This document shows positions 9,453 to 19,476 of a DNA stretch of 64,000 nucleotides, one piece after another. Each line of letters starts with the position of its first letter. The first letter of the stretch is position 1. The translations under genes were made by a program, and so were the position numbers. This DNA comes from an uncultured Gammaproteobacteria bacterium (GTDB lineage Bacteria > Pseudomonadota > Gammaproteobacteria > GCA-001735895), in assembly GCA_963793595.1 (NCBI GenBank), contig CAWCBX010000007.1, positions 3,588-67,587 on the forward strand, written 5' to 3'. A model generated the notes under the pieces. The model did not search any database, had not been told where the DNA came from, and saw only the letters and a program-made list of their open reading frames with translations.

Positions 9453-9927
9453 CGCATGTGTTGCGTCGACCGGTTGAGATCACCACCATTACCCGTCACT
9501 CTGGAGAAAGCCGGAGCCTGCTTTGGATAGGTTTATGCCGTTCATCGAAAAATTCTAGGCGCCGATATTTTTTCTGGGTGTATTTGTTGGTATAAAGGAT
9601 TAATTAATCTATAAAAAGTAATATAAAGCAATAAGTTAACACTAATGTTCGATCCTGGCCCTGAGTACCATTTTCACACCAGGTCAATACCCACAGAGCC
9701 TTCTCATGCTAGCCAGGGAATTGGTGAATAACTGAGATAGGTATTTAACCAGGGTTGGTCAGATTCGTTCATGTTGGATTAAGACAAGTCCATGGACAAT
9801 GCGCAAGGTGTGCAAATTGGCTGTCAATAGTTAACTTAATAGTAAATAGTTACGGTGTCTTTTGGCACCTGGGCTAGCATGATTGTGCGCACGAATTTTC
9901 TGTTCACCCATAAGAGACTTAAGAATT

Positions 9928-10428
9928 ATGAAGCAACTCATTTTACCTATACTGATCGCGCTTTTTATGGCGACGCCTTCGATGGCAGCCAATTTCGTTT
10001 CAACGCCAATTATTCTGGCCAGTTCCCACCAGGCCGAAACGGAAGCAAGCGAAGGAATCGAAGACGAAAAATCTGAAGAAATGGAAGAAGAGCAGAAGAA
10101 GGAGAAGAAGGAGAAGAAGGAGAAGAAGGAGAAGAAGGAGAAGAAGGAGAAGAAGGAGAAGAAGGAGAAGAAGGAGAAGAAGGAGAAGAAGGAGAAGAAG
10201 GAGAAGAAGGAGAAGAAGGAGAAGAAGGAGAAGAAGGAGAAGAAGGAGAAGAAGGAGAAGAAGGAGAAGAAGGAGAAGAAGGAGAAGAAGGAGAAGAAGG
10301 AGAAGAAGGAGAAGAAGGAGAAGAAGGAGAAGAAGGAAAGATGGAGAAAAAGGAAAGATGGAGACAACAAGCAAAAGTCAGGCGATGACGATGACGATGA
10401 TGACAACGACAAGCCCGAGGATAGCTAG
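9928..10428 (+). CDS. Secreted, extremely charged repeat protein: signal peptide, acidic linker, (EKK)26, basic patch, poly-Asp tail
   Basis: MKQLILPILIALFMATPSMA|ANF looks like a Sec signal peptide. The charged composition continues on both sides of the repeat in this frame only. The start at 9928 is preferred to the ORF maximum at 9883. Confidence 0.55.
   Translation: MKQLILPILIALFMATPSMAANFVSTPIILASSHQAETEASEGIEDEKSEEMEEEQKKEKKEKKEKKEKKEKKEKKEKKEKKEKKEKKEKKEKKEKKEKKEKKEKKEKKEKKEKKEKKEKKEKKEKKEKKEKKEKKERWRKRKDGDNKQKSGDDDDDDDNDKPEDS
10102..10335 (+). repeat. 26 perfect tandem copies of GAGAAGAAG (9 bp), an all-purine top strand
   Basis: Counted from the translation: 181 aa minus 73 prefix minus 30 suffix leaves 78 aa, which is 26 EKK units. 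No variant unit is visible in the nucleotide text. Confidence 0.97.
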
Positions 10429-10542
10429 TAAGTGCTAATGGACTTCCCCCGATCCGTCGGACACTCATATACTTTAAATTGAAGCATATGAGAGAGAGCA
10501 ATGACCAGGGCAAGATTTACTGAGGAATTCAAAGAGGAAGGA

Positions 10543-10619
10543 TGGTGGGCCCGGGAGGACTTGAACCTCCGACCAATGGATTATGAGTCCACTGCTCTAA
10601 CCAACTGAGCTACAGGCCC
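10543..10619 (-). tRNA. ileX: tRNA with CAT anticodon, encoded CCA; elongator type, most likely tRNA-Ile2 (lysidine) rather than tRNA-Met
   Basis: Cloverleaf folded by hand: acceptor GGGCCTG/CGGGCCC, D stem GCTC/GAGC, anticodon stem GTGGA/TCCAT, loop CTCATAA, variable loop TGGTC, T stem GGAGG/CCTCC, then A-CCA. It lacks the initiator features. C4-G69 and C5-G68 match E. coli ileX. Confidence 0.93.
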
Positions 10620-10640
10620 CCTGACTTGTCTTTTTTCCAC

Positions 10641-11022
10641 CATCCTGCGTTGGTCTCGATACTCGTTTGGTCGCATAGCATTAAGCTATGCTCCCGGCAC
10701 TCGCATCGAGCCCGCCTTGTCTGGCGAAAAAAATCCTGCGTCAGTGTTCAGACACAGGTAATACTTCGATCTCAATAGACGCTTAGTCACGTAGTATTAA
10801 GCTACGCTCCCGGCGCGCTTGCCGAATCCGCCTTGCCTACCGGCAAAAATCCTGCGCCAGGTTATGGACGCAGGATATGATCCTGACTATTGTTTCGCGC
10901 CTTGTCGCATGGCATTAAGTCATGCTCCCGGCGACGCGAATCAAACCCGCCTTGCCTCGTGGCAAAAATCCTGCGTCAGGTCTCAGGCGCAGAGTATTCC
11001 TGACGTTTTCGTCATGCCAGCG
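10641..11022. repeat. Three tandem ~117-bp structured repeat units plus a partial unit abutting the tRNA 5' end
   Basis: Units lie at 10671-10786, 10787-10904 and 10905-~11022. Shared blocks are TCGCATRGCATTAAGYYATGCTCCCGGC, CCGCCTTGYCT and GGC(G)A5-7TCCTGCG. Confidence 0.85.
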
Positions 11023-11067
11023 AAAGTGGCGAAGCGGAATCTTATCGATTTATGGCTAATTTGCAAG

Positions 11068-11087
11068 ATCCCCGCTTTCGCGGGGAT
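11068..11087 (-). terminator. Hairpin ATCCCCGC-GAAA-GCGGGGAT just downstream of rpoD
   Basis: An 8-bp stem with a GAAA loop, 48 nt after the rpoD stop. The T-tract is weak. Confidence 0.5.
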
Positions 11088-11134
11088 GACTAATAAGTGG
11101 GGATGACTAGTAAGCGGCGATAACTTGCAGATTT

Positions 11135-12934
11135 TTAGTCGGCGTCGATGAAGCTGCGTAGTTGTTCGGAGCGGCTCGGGTGACGCAGTTTACGCAGGGC
11201 CTTGGCTTCGATCTGACGTATGCGCTCACGCGTGACGTCGAACTGCTTGCCGACTTCTTCCAGCGTGTGGTCGGTGTTCATGTCGATACCGAATCGCATG
11301 CGCAGCACCTTGGCTTCGCGCGGGGTCAGGCTCGACAGGATTTCACGGGTCGATTCGGACAGTCCGGCGTTGGTCGCAGTATCTGCCGGCAGCAGCACGT
11401 TGGTGTCTTCGATAAAATCACCGAGGTTCGAATCTTCATCGTCACCGATTGGCGTTGCCATCGAAATCGGTTCTTTCGAAATCTTCAATACCTTGCGCAC
11501 CTTGTCTTCGGGCAGGTCCATGCGTTCGGCCAGTTCTTCCGGCTGTGGGTCACGGCCGAGTTCCTGCAGCATCTGGCGCGAAATTCGATTCAGCTTGTTG
11601 ATGGTTTCGATCATATGCACCGGGATACGGATGGTACGCGCCTGGTCTGCAATCGAGCGCGTGATCGCCTGGCGAATCCACCAGGTTGCATAGGTAGAAA
11701 ACTTGTAGCCCCGGCGATACTCGAATTTATCCACCGCTTTCATCAGACCGATGTTGCCTTCCTGGATCAGGTCGAGGAATTGCAGGCCACGATTGGTGTA
11801 TTTCTTCGCGATCGAAATAACCAGGCGCAGGTTGGCCTCGATCATTTCCTTTTTCGCCCGGCGTGCCTTGGCTTCGCCAATCGACATCTTGCGATTAATT
11901 TCCTTGATTTCGTGAATCGACAGGTTGGACGATTTCTCGATGTTCTTCAGCCGCTTCTGGTAGCGCAGGATTTCATCCTTACAGGCTTCCAGGGTTTTGG
12001 AATATTTTTCGCCTGCCTTCAGGTGGTTGTTGATCCAGTTCAGATTGGTCTCGTTGGCCTTGAAGGTCTCGATGAAGGTTTTGCGCGGCATGTTTGCCTG
12101 CTTCACGCAGATATCGAGAATGGTGCGCTCGTTGCTACGGATGCGATTGATGACGTCTTTCAGGTTTGCGCCGAGCCGGTCTATAAACAGTGGCAGCAGC
12201 TTGATTTCCATCAAGTCATTGACCGCGCGATTCATATTGCGCTCGTATCCCTTGACGTCATCCTTGGCGATACAGTTCATCGCACGGTTAAAAGCCCGTT
12301 CGATAGCTGTAAAACGCTTGTTGGCTTCTTCCGGATCGGGACCGGTATCTTCGACTTCGGCGTCTTCGTCGTCGTCACTGGTCTGTGCTGCAGCCGGCAA
12401 CGGAATCGAGTTTGGGTCCTCGTTGGGGTCGACAAAGCCCACCATCAAGTCACTAAGCTTGGCTTCGTCTTCGCGCACTTCGTTATAACGATCAAAAATC
12501 ATGCGCATGGTATCGGGATAGCGTGCCAGCGAGCTGATCGCCTGGTTGAGGCCATTCTCGATGCGGCGTGCAATCTTGATTTCGCCTTCACGGGTCAACA
12601 GTTCGACCGTACCCATTTCGCGCATGTACATGCGTACCGGGTCGGTAGTCCGTCCAAATTCGCTATCGAGCGAGGCTAGTGCAGCGGCTGCTTCTTCCGC
12701 AGCGTCCTCATCTGGCTCGGTTTCGGTATCGCTGAGGATATCGGTCGCTTCGGCAGGCGCAGACTCATGGACCTTGATGCCCATGTCGTTAATCATGCGG
12801 ATAATATCTTCGATCTGCTCCGGTTCGACGATGCCTTCAGGCAAATGATCGTTTACTTCGGTGTAGGTCAGAAAGCCCTGTTCTTTGCCTTTGGCAATGA
12901 GTTCTTTGAGCCGGGATTGCTGATCTTGATCCAT
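11135..12934 (-). CDS. rpoD: RNA polymerase sigma-70
   Basis: Regions 1.1 to 4.2 are all recognisable: [46 protein letters not shown], and [30 protein letters not shown]. Confidence 0.98.
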   Translation of the reverse strand: MDQDQQSRLKELIAKGKEQGFLTYTEVNDHLPEGIVEPEQIEDIIRMINDMGIKVHESAPAEATDILSDTETEPDEDAAEEAAAALASLDSEFGRTTDPVRMYMREMGTVELLTREGEIKIARRIENGLNQAISSLARYPDTMRMIFDRYNEVREDEAKLSDLMVGFVDPNEDPNSIPLPAAAQTSDDDEDAEVEDTGPDPEEANKRFTAIERAFNRAMNCIAKDDVKGYERNMNRAVNDLMEIKLLPLFIDRLGANLKDVINRIRSNERTILDICVKQANMPRKTFIETFKANETNLNWINNHLKAGEKYSKTLEACKDEILRYQKRLKNIEKSSNLSIHEIKEINRKMSIGEAKARRAKKEMIEANLRLVISIAKKYTNRGLQFLDLIQEGNIGLMKAVDKFEYRRGYKFSTYATWWIRQAITRSIADQARTIRIPVHMIETINKLNRISRQMLQELGRDPQPEELAERMDLPEDKVRKVLKISKEPISMATPIGDDEDSNLGDFIEDTNVLLPADTATNAGLSESTREILSSLTPREAKVLRMRFGIDMNTDHTLEEVGKQFDVTRERIRQIEAKALRKLRHPSRSEQLRSFIDAD

Positions 12935-13015
12935 GTTGCCTCGAATTTGGTAATGTTGCAGGTGAACACGTCAGTATATAAGACTTTTTTAGCTTTTTCC
13001 AAGCTATCGACTGAC

Positions 13016-14737
13016 TTAAATTTGATTTGTGAACAATTTTCTGTGTTCCAGTTTTTCTGATTCCGACAGCGCTTCACCGGACTGTAACTTTGTTATGAGT
13101 AGCTTTTGGCGGTGGTCAATATACTGTTTTTGCAGACTTTGTAAACAATCGGCAAACATTCGGTCCAGACTCTCGTCATTTTCGATCGGGGGTTCCATTG
13201 CTGCGAGCTTGTACAGATGGGCCTCGTGGTCGTCGTCCTTGAAGCGATCGAGCAGGTTTTGAGTAGTAATATCGGGCTCGTCATGGATGCGGTCGAGGAT
13301 TTTGAGCAACAGGTCGACCCCGGGGATGTTGCTCTCGGCAAGTTCATCGTGGGTGCCGGTGGCCAGGGCCAGCGCGGGCTTGGTCAGTAACAGGTTGATC
13401 GCGAGACGGGTAGGGGTCCAATGCTGTTCCGGCTGCCTGTTGCGGGCCTGCTGTCGCGGCTTGTCTTCACCCAGCAGGCGCAGCATGCGGCCATCGATCT
13501 TCTGCCCCAGGCGGTGCTCGACTTCGGCCAGAATCTGATCTTTCAGGCTTTGTAACGGAATCTGGGTGAAGTAGGGGCGCAGGCGGTCGAGAAACTGGGC
13601 GCGGCCTTCGAGCGTGCCGATATTGCATTCGGCAAGCAGGGTCTCGAACAGGTACTCGGTCAGGGTAGAAGCGTGTTCTACCTGCTGATTAAAAGCCTCC
13701 TCACCGTACTGGTTAATAAAACTGTCCGGATCCTGACCTTCCGGCAGGAACAGGAACCGCGCAAGGCGACCTTCCTTGAGTGACGCGAGGCACTGTTCAA
13801 GTGAGCGCCAGGCGGCTTTTTTACCGGCGGCGTCACCATCGAAACAGAACACCAGGTTCTTGCAGACCCGAAACAGGGATTCGATTTGTCGATTATTGAT
13901 CGCAGTACCCAGCGTCGCGACCGCGGTTGCCACGCCGTGTTCGGCGAGCGCCACGACATCCATATAGCCCTCGGTGATATAGATGCGGTCGATGTTGGTC
14001 ACCGCCTTTTTCATTTCATACAGCCCGTAGATTTCATCGCTTTTATGAAACAACGGCGATTCGGGAGAGTTCAGGTACTTGGGATTGTCTTCGGGATTGA
14101 TCACCCGGCCACCGAAGGCGATGGTGCGTCCGCGCCTGTCACGGATCGGAAACATCAGGCGATGGCGAAAACGATCGTATTGCTTGCCGTCCTCTTTTTT
14201 TACCAGCATGCCGGTATCGACGAGGAGCTTTTCATTGCCGCTGAGGTTATTCCAGCCCGGTGGCGCGTAGCCGATGGCAAAGGTCTTGGCGGTCTGGCCG
14301 CTGATACCACGATTTTTGAGATAATCGATCGCTGCCGGAGTTTGCTTGAGCTGTGCCTCGAAGTACTGCGAGCTTTGCTCCATTGTCTGGTACATCGCTT
14401 CGAGTCCCGCGGCGGGTTTGGCGGGTGCGCTACCCTGTTCATAGGGCACATCGATACCTAGCGATTGCGCCAGCGATTCGATCGCTTCGACAAATTCCAT
14501 ATGGTCGTAATCCATCAGGAAGCCGACGGCGTTGCCGGACTTCTGGCAGCCGAAACAATGGTAAAACTGTTTACCGGAGCTGACCGAGAAGGATGGGGAT
14601 TTTTCGCCGTGGAAAGGGCAGCAGGCCCAGTATTCGCGGCCTTTCTTTTTCAAGGGTACGCGACTGTCGATGACCTCGACAATATCGACGCGGTTGAGCA
14701 GGTCATCGATGAAGTTGCGTGGAATCCTGCCGGCCAT
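13016..14737 (-). CDS. dnaG: DNA primase
   Basis: Zn ribbon CCPFHGEKSPSFSVSSGKQFYHCFGC, the TOPRIM block EGYMDV...FDGDAAG, and a C-terminal helicase-binding domain. Confidence 0.97.
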   Translation of the reverse strand: MAGRIPRNFIDDLLNRVDIVEVIDSRVPLKKKGREYWACCPFHGEKSPSFSVSSGKQFYHCFGCQKSGNAVGFLMDYDHMEFVEAIESLAQSLGIDVPYEQGSAPAKPAAGLEAMYQTMEQSSQYFEAQLKQTPAAIDYLKNRGISGQTAKTFAIGYAPPGWNNLSGNEKLLVDTGMLVKKEDGKQYDRFRHRLMFPIRDRRGRTIAFGGRVINPEDNPKYLNSPESPLFHKSDEIYGLYEMKKAVTNIDRIYITEGYMDVVALAEHGVATAVATLGTAINNRQIESLFRVCKNLVFCFDGDAAGKKAAWRSLEQCLASLKEGRLARFLFLPEGQDPDSFINQYGEEAFNQQVEHASTLTEYLFETLLAECNIGTLEGRAQFLDRLRPYFTQIPLQSLKDQILAEVEHRLGQKIDGRMLRLLGEDKPRQQARNRQPEQHWTPTRLAINLLLTKPALALATGTHDELAESNIPGVDLLLKILDRIHDEPDITTQNLLDRFKDDDHEAHLYKLAAMEPPIENDESLDRMFADCLQSLQKQYIDHRQKLLITKLQSGEALSESEKLEHRKLFTNQI

Positions 14738-14821
14738 CCAGTTTATACCGCTAACTGCATTTTAAGTGCGCTCGCGAAAACCACACCGCGGTAGCGTAAA
14801 CAGGTATTGGCGCACATATTA

Positions 14822-17800
14822 TCAGGCTGCGTTGCTTTGCAGGGTATCCAGAAGTGAATCGAAGCCGGCCGCTTTTGGCTTGACCATCCAGATCTTGCGC
14901 TGAAAATGGCTGAAGTTTTCCAGAATATATTGACCCCATTCACTGCTGGTTTCCTCGACATACTCGGTGATAGCGGACTGCAGGTAGACGCGGTGGCTTT
15001 CCATCGATTCATCGGCGATACGATGGATGTCGATGAGTTCCTTGTTAATCCGGTCGAAAAAGTTACGGTCGAGATCGAGTACATAAGCGATGCCGCCGGT
15101 CATGCCGGCGCCGAAATTGTATCCGGTGTTGCCGAGAATTGTAACAATACCACCAGTCATGTATTCACAGCCATGATCGCCAACCCCTTCGACGACGGCA
15201 TGGGCCCCCGAATTGCGCACCGCAAAACGCTCACCGGCGAGTCCCGCAGCGAGCAGCTTGCCACCGGTTGCGCCGTAGAGGCAGGTGTTGCCGATGATGG
15301 TCGCATCCTGTGATTTGAAGTGACTGTTACGCGGCGGGGTAATGACGATTTTACCACCGGCCATGCCCTTGCCGACGTAATCGTTGGCGTCACCATCGAG
15401 ATACATGTTCAGCCCGCCGGCATTCCAGACACCGAAGCTCTGTCCGGCAGTACCGTTTAGACGCAACGTAAAAGGCGTTTCCGACAGGCCATGATTGCCA
15501 TGGATGCGCGCGATCTCACCGGAGAGTCGGGCGCCAATCGAGCGATGGGTATTGTTAATCGAGTATTTGAACTCTCCACCGCTGCAATTTTTAATGGCGT
15601 CCATGCAATCAACTACCATCTGCTCGGCGAGTTCGCCCTTGTCCCAGGGCTCGTTGCGGTCCGCGCTGCAGTAGCGCGGTAAATCGGGATCGACACCTCC
15701 ATCGGACAGGATCGGTTCGAGATTCAGGTTTTGCTGAGCGGCGGTATTGCCGCCGATGATTTCAAGCAACCCGGTTTGGCCAATCAGGTCTTCGAGCTTG
15801 CGAACGCCAAGCGAGGCCAGAATTTCACGCGTCTCTTCGGCGATGAAACGAAAATAGTTTTTCACCTTTTCGGTGGTGCCGACGTAATGCTGTTGGCGCA
15901 GCAGGTCGTTTTGCGTGGCGACACCAGTGGCGCAATTGTTCAAATGGCATATACGCAGATACTTGCAGCCCATCGCCACCATGGGGCCGGTACCGAAGCC
16001 AAAGCTTTCGGCGCCGAGGATTGCTGCCTTGACAACGTCGAGCCCGGTTTTGAGGCCGCCATCGGTTTGAATACGTACCTTGCTGCGCAACTTGTTGGCG
16101 CGCAATACCTGGTGAGTTTCGGAGAGACCCAGCTCCCATGGTGAACCGGCGTATTTAACCGAAGTCAGCGGGCTGGCCCCGGTGCCGCCGTCATAACCGG
16201 CAATCGTAATCAGATCGGCGTAAGCCTTGGCGACGCCGGCGGCGATCGTGCCAACGCCTGCCTCGGCCACCAGTTTTACCGAAACCAGTGCCTGTGGGTT
16301 GACCTGTTTCAGATCGAAGATCAACTGCGCCAGGTCTTCGATCGAGTAAATGTCATGGTGTGGCGGTGGTGAAATCAATGTGATGCCGGGCTCCGAGTTG
16401 CGCAGTCGCGCGATCAGTTGGTTGACCTTGTTACCCGGCAGTTGCCCGCCTTCACCGGGTTTGGCGCCCTGAGCGACCTTGATTTGCAACACCTCGGCGT
16501 TGACCAGGTAATGCGGTGTTACACCGAAACGACCCGACGCTATCTGCTTGATCTTGGACATCTTGTCGGTGCCGTAACGCGCGGGATCTTCGCCGCCTTC
16601 GCCCGAGTTGGAGCGTCCACCGAGCTGGTTCATCGCTTGCGCGAGGGTTTCGTGCGCTTCCGGCGACAACGCGCCGAGCGACATGCCGGCGGAGTCGAAA
16701 CGCGCCAGGATACTGGTAGCAGGTTCAACCTCGTCAATGTCGATCGGCTGCTGCGGCTTAAGTCGCATCAGGTCGCGTAATGCGGTCGCAGGGCGGTTAT
16801 TGACGATGGCGCTGTATTGCTTCCATTGCGCGTAGTCACCGCTGTTGACTGCCTGCTGCAGGCTGTGCACGACGTCCGGGTTGTAGGCGTGGTATTCGCC
16901 GCCATGGACATATTTCAGTAAACCGCCCTGGGTGATGGTCTTGCGCGGGTTCCAGGCAAACTTGTTGAGGGCTATCTGATCGGCTTCGAGTTGGTCAAAA
17001 TTGCTACCGTCGATTCGACAGGTGGTGCCGGGAAAACATAGCTCGACCACGTCGCGATGCAGCCCGACAATTTCAAATAGCTGCGCGCCGCGGTAGCTGG
17101 CAATGGTCGAAATCCCCATCTTGGAAATAATCTTGTACAGGCCCTTGTTGATTCCGTGGCGGTAGTTTGAACCGGTATCCGGGCATTTCAGCTCGGGTAA
17201 TTCACCAGTGCGGGTCATGCCGACGATGCTGGCATAAGCGAGGTAGGGATAAATGGCAGTTGCACCAAAGCCGAGCAGTACTGCCATCTGGTGCGAATCA
17301 CGGGCGCAACCGGTTTCAACCACAATATTGGTGTCGCAGCGTCCACCGGTGTTACTCAGGCGATGGTGTACCGCTCCGGTGGCCAGTGCCGCATGCACTA
17401 ACAGTTGCTCGCGTGGGACGTCCTTGTCGCTCAGTACGACGATGACAATCCCGCGGCGTGAGGCTTTTTCGGCCTGGTCCTGGATATCGATTATCGCCTG
17501 TTTGAGCGACATCTTGGCCGGGTTGTAGCCGAGGGAAATAATTTCATGTGCATAACCCTTGTCGTGCCAGGCCAGCAGATCGACATATTTCTGTTCGGAC
17601 AGGATCGGTGAGCTGACGATCAGGCGGTCGGCGTGTTCGGCGGCTTCATTAAACAGGTTGTGTTCGCGTCCGAAACAGGTTTCCAGCGACATCACGATCT
17701 TTTCGCGTAGCGGGTCGATCGGAGGGTTGGTGACCTGTGCGAATTGCTGGCGAAAACTGTCGAACAATGAACGGTGATGATTCGATAAGACCGGCAGCGG

Positions 17801-19306
17801 GGTATCGTCTCCCATCGAGCCGGTCGCTTCCTGCGAGTCCTGCGCCAGCACCCTGAGAATCTGGTCACGTTCCTCGAAGCTCACCTGAAACAGCTTTTCC
17901 AGACGGCTTAAGGTCTCCTTGTTCATTGCCAGTGCGGAGAAGGGGGAATTGACCGGGTCCGCGCTCAGGCGGATGAGGCGGTCGCGCATCCAGATTTCGT
18001 AGGGGTGACGATTCTGCAACTGTTTATCGATATCGTCCGACATCAGTAACTTGCTGGTTTTGGTATCGACGGCAATCATTTCGCCGGGTTTCAGGCGTCC
18101 CTTGGCGATGACGTCTTCCGGTGCGTAATCCCAGATACCGATTTCGGATCCGAGCGTGATGTGCCGGTCCTTGGTCATTACCCAGCGCCCGGGTCGCAAG
18201 CCGTTACGGTCCATCACACAGCAGGCGTGGCGGCCGTCGGTAAGCACGATGCCGGCCGGCCCATCCCAGGGCTCCATATGCATCGATGAAAATTCGTAAA
18301 ACGCGTGTAACGCCGGTTCCATATCGTCTACGTTTTGCCACGCGGGTGGAATCAGCAGGCGTACCGCGCGAAACAGATCCATGTCGCCGGAAAGCAGGAA
18401 GTCGAGCATGTTATCCAGCGAACTCGAATCCGAACCGGTCATGTTGACGATCGGCCGAATCGCTTCAATGTCTGGCAGGAGTTCGGACTTGAACTTGTAG
18501 GCACGTGCGTTGGCCCAGTTACGATTTCCCTGAATCGTATTGATTTCACCATTATGTGCCAGGTAGCGGAATGGCTGTGCGAGTTTCCACTGTGGCCAGG
18601 TATTGGTCGAAAAGCGCTGGTGGAATACGCAGATTGCCGATTCCAGCGCCGGATCGCTCAGGTCCGGGTAAAACACCGGTAGATTCTCCGGCGTGATCAG
18701 GCCCTTGTAGGACAGCACGTCGTTAGACAGGCTGGAGATATAGTAGTACTCCTCGATGCGACGATTGTCCTGCGCTTCAAAGGCTTTGCCGGCCGCGCGC
18801 CGGGCAAGATAAAGCGAACGATTAAACTCGGCGCGGGAAAGATGGTCTGGCGCGTTGACGTAGACGTGGTAGATTGCGGGCAGGGAGGCCAGTGCTTCTT
18901 CACCACAGGCCGATGGATCGATCGGCATTTCTCGCCAACCGGCGACCTCTAACCCCTGCGCGGTAATTTTTTCGGTAATAATTGCCTGTGAAACTTCGCT
19001 TTCACCGTCGAAGGGTGATACGAACACCAGTCCCACGGCGTAGCGCCGTGCGCAGTGAATACCGAGTTCGCCAGCCTTTAAGCGCAGAAAAGTATCGGGC
19101 TTCTTTAACAACAGGCCGCAGCCATCACCGGATTTTCCGTCCGCCGCGACTGCGCCGCGATGCGTCAATCGAGCGAGTGCCTCGATCGAAGTTTTTACCA
19201 GCCAGTGGCTGGGTTTATCGTCGATGTTGGCGATAAGCCCGAAACCGCAACTATCTTTCTCGAAGCCCGGTTGATAAAGACCTGTTAATCTGCTTGTTTC
19301 GCTCAT
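14822..19306 (-). CDS. gltB: Glutamate synthase large subunit
   Basis: N-terminal amidotransferase Cys (KDSCGFG), the FMN/Fe-S central domain and the C-terminal GXGXG beta-helix domain. The start is taken at MSETSRL (19306). Confidence 0.97.
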   Translation of the reverse strand: MSETSRLTGLYQPGFEKDSCGFGLIANIDDKPSHWLVKTSIEALARLTHRGAVAADGKSGDGCGLLLKKPDTFLRLKAGELGIHCARRYAVGLVFVSPFDGESEVSQAIITEKITAQGLEVAGWREMPIDPSACGEEALASLPAIYHVYVNAPDHLSRAEFNRSLYLARRAAGKAFEAQDNRRIEEYYYISSLSNDVLSYKGLITPENLPVFYPDLSDPALESAICVFHQRFSTNTWPQWKLAQPFRYLAHNGEINTIQGNRNWANARAYKFKSELLPDIEAIRPIVNMTGSDSSSLDNMLDFLLSGDMDLFRAVRLLIPPAWQNVDDMEPALHAFYEFSSMHMEPWDGPAGIVLTDGRHACCVMDRNGLRPGRWVMTKDRHITLGSEIGIWDYAPEDVIAKGRLKPGEMIAVDTKTSKLLMSDDIDKQLQNRHPYEIWMRDRLIRLSADPVNSPFSALAMNKETLSRLEKLFQVSFEERDQILRVLAQDSQEATGSMGDDTPLPVLSNHHRSLFDSFRQQFAQVTNPPIDPLREKIVMSLETCFGREHNLFNEAAEHADRLIVSSPILSEQKYVDLLAWHDKGYAHEIISLGYNPAKMSLKQAIIDIQDQAEKASRRGIVIVVLSDKDVPREQLLVHAALATGAVHHRLSNTGGRCDTNIVVETGCARDSHQMAVLLGFGATAIYPYLAYASIVGMTRTGELPELKCPDTGSNYRHGINKGLYKIISKMGISTIASYRGAQLFEIVGLHRDVVELCFPGTTCRIDGSNFDQLEADQIALNKFAWNPRKTITQGGLLKYVHGGEYHAYNPDVVHSLQQAVNSGDYAQWKQYSAIVNNRPATALRDLMRLKPQQPIDIDEVEPATSILARFDSAGMSLGALSPEAHETLAQAMNQLGGRSNSGEGGEDPARYGTDKMSKIKQIASGRFGVTPHYLVNAEVLQIKVAQGAKPGEGGQLPGNKVNQLIARLRNSEPGITLISPPPHHDIYSIEDLAQLIFDLKQVNPQALVSVKLVAEAGVGTIAAGVAKAYADLITIAGYDGGTGASPLTSVKYAGSPWELGLSETHQVLRANKLRSKVRIQTDGGLKTGLDVVKAAILGAESFGFGTGPMVAMGCKYLRICHLNNCATGVATQNDLLRQQHYVGTTEKVKNYFRFIAEETREILASLGVRKLEDLIGQTGLLEIIGGNTAAQQNLNLEPILSDGGVDPDLPRYCSADRNEPWDKGELAEQMVVDCMDAIKNCSGGEFKYSINNTHRSIGARLSGEIARIHGNHGLSETPFTLRLNGTAGQSFGVWNAGGLNMYLDGDANDYVGKGMAGGKIVITPPRNSHFKSQDATIIGNTCLYGATGGKLLAAGLAGERFAVRNSGAHAVVEGVGDHGCEYMTGGIVTILGNTGYNFGAGMTGGIAYVLDLDRNFFDRINKELIDIHRIADESMESHRVYLQSAITEYVEETSSEWGQYILENFSHFQRKIWMVKPKAAGFDSLLDTLQSNAA

Positions 19307-19476
19307 TACATTCAGTTCGTGGTTGTGCCTGCGTGTTGTCGACAGCCAAAGCCAATGCGCCATAAAAAAGCATTATTTTACGGACGCAAAAGGCCGATCA
19401 GTATACCCGTGCAGACTGGATAGATAAAATTTGCCGTGATGGGTAGCTTTGCAGTGCACCCTTATGGTGCGATGGG

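Larger units (their letters stand above)
8089..10542. mobile_element. Decayed tRNA-integrated islet (no integrase left)
   Basis: Bounded by the tRNA 3' end and its partial direct repeat. It contains a phage-type nuclease gene, a repeat protein and long non-coding AT-rich stretches. Confidence 0.45.

Noticed and set aside
9863-9879. A sigma-54-like motif, TGGCAC-N-..GC, about 50 nt upstream of the (EKK)26 gene.
   Set aside because: The GG-to-GC spacing is one nucleotide longer than the strict -24/-12 spacing, and the -12 region reads CTAGCA instead of TTGC.
10102-10335. The repeat tract considered as a CRISPR array or as a canonical H-DNA mirror repeat.
   Set aside because: There are no spacers, because the units are contiguous, so it is not a CRISPR array. 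The unit GAGAAGAAG is not a rotation of its own reverse, so the tract is homopurine but not a true mirror repeat. I make no triplex claim.
9831-10513. Three minus-strand ORFs across the 9-bp repeat, translating as (FFS)n, poly-Leu and (SSP)n.
   Set aside because: They exist only because the repeat has no stop in any frame. Outside the repeat their sequences look random. Only the + frame has a signal peptide and compositionally coherent flanks.
10640-11022. The repeat units considered as decayed tandem tRNA genes, because the unit length of ~117 bp approximates a tRNA plus spacer.
   Set aside because: Hairpin 1 has a 7-bp stem and a 5-nt loop, unlike a D arm. No anticodon or T arm can be drawn, and the alignment to the adjacent tRNA is poor.
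11162-12679. A 505-aa ORF antisense to rpoD. Similar long antisense ORFs lie at 26353-27099 (ponA), 29302-30123 (hemE), 53828-54550 (aldolase), 4553-5185 (monooxygenase), 794-1420 (ALDH) and 28108-28719 (ponA).
   Set aside because: Each lies entirely within a strongly supported gene on the other strand. Their translations are low-complexity and rich in Arg, Gly and Val, with no motifs. They are shadow ORFs, which arise when the sense gene avoids TTA/CTA/TCA codons.
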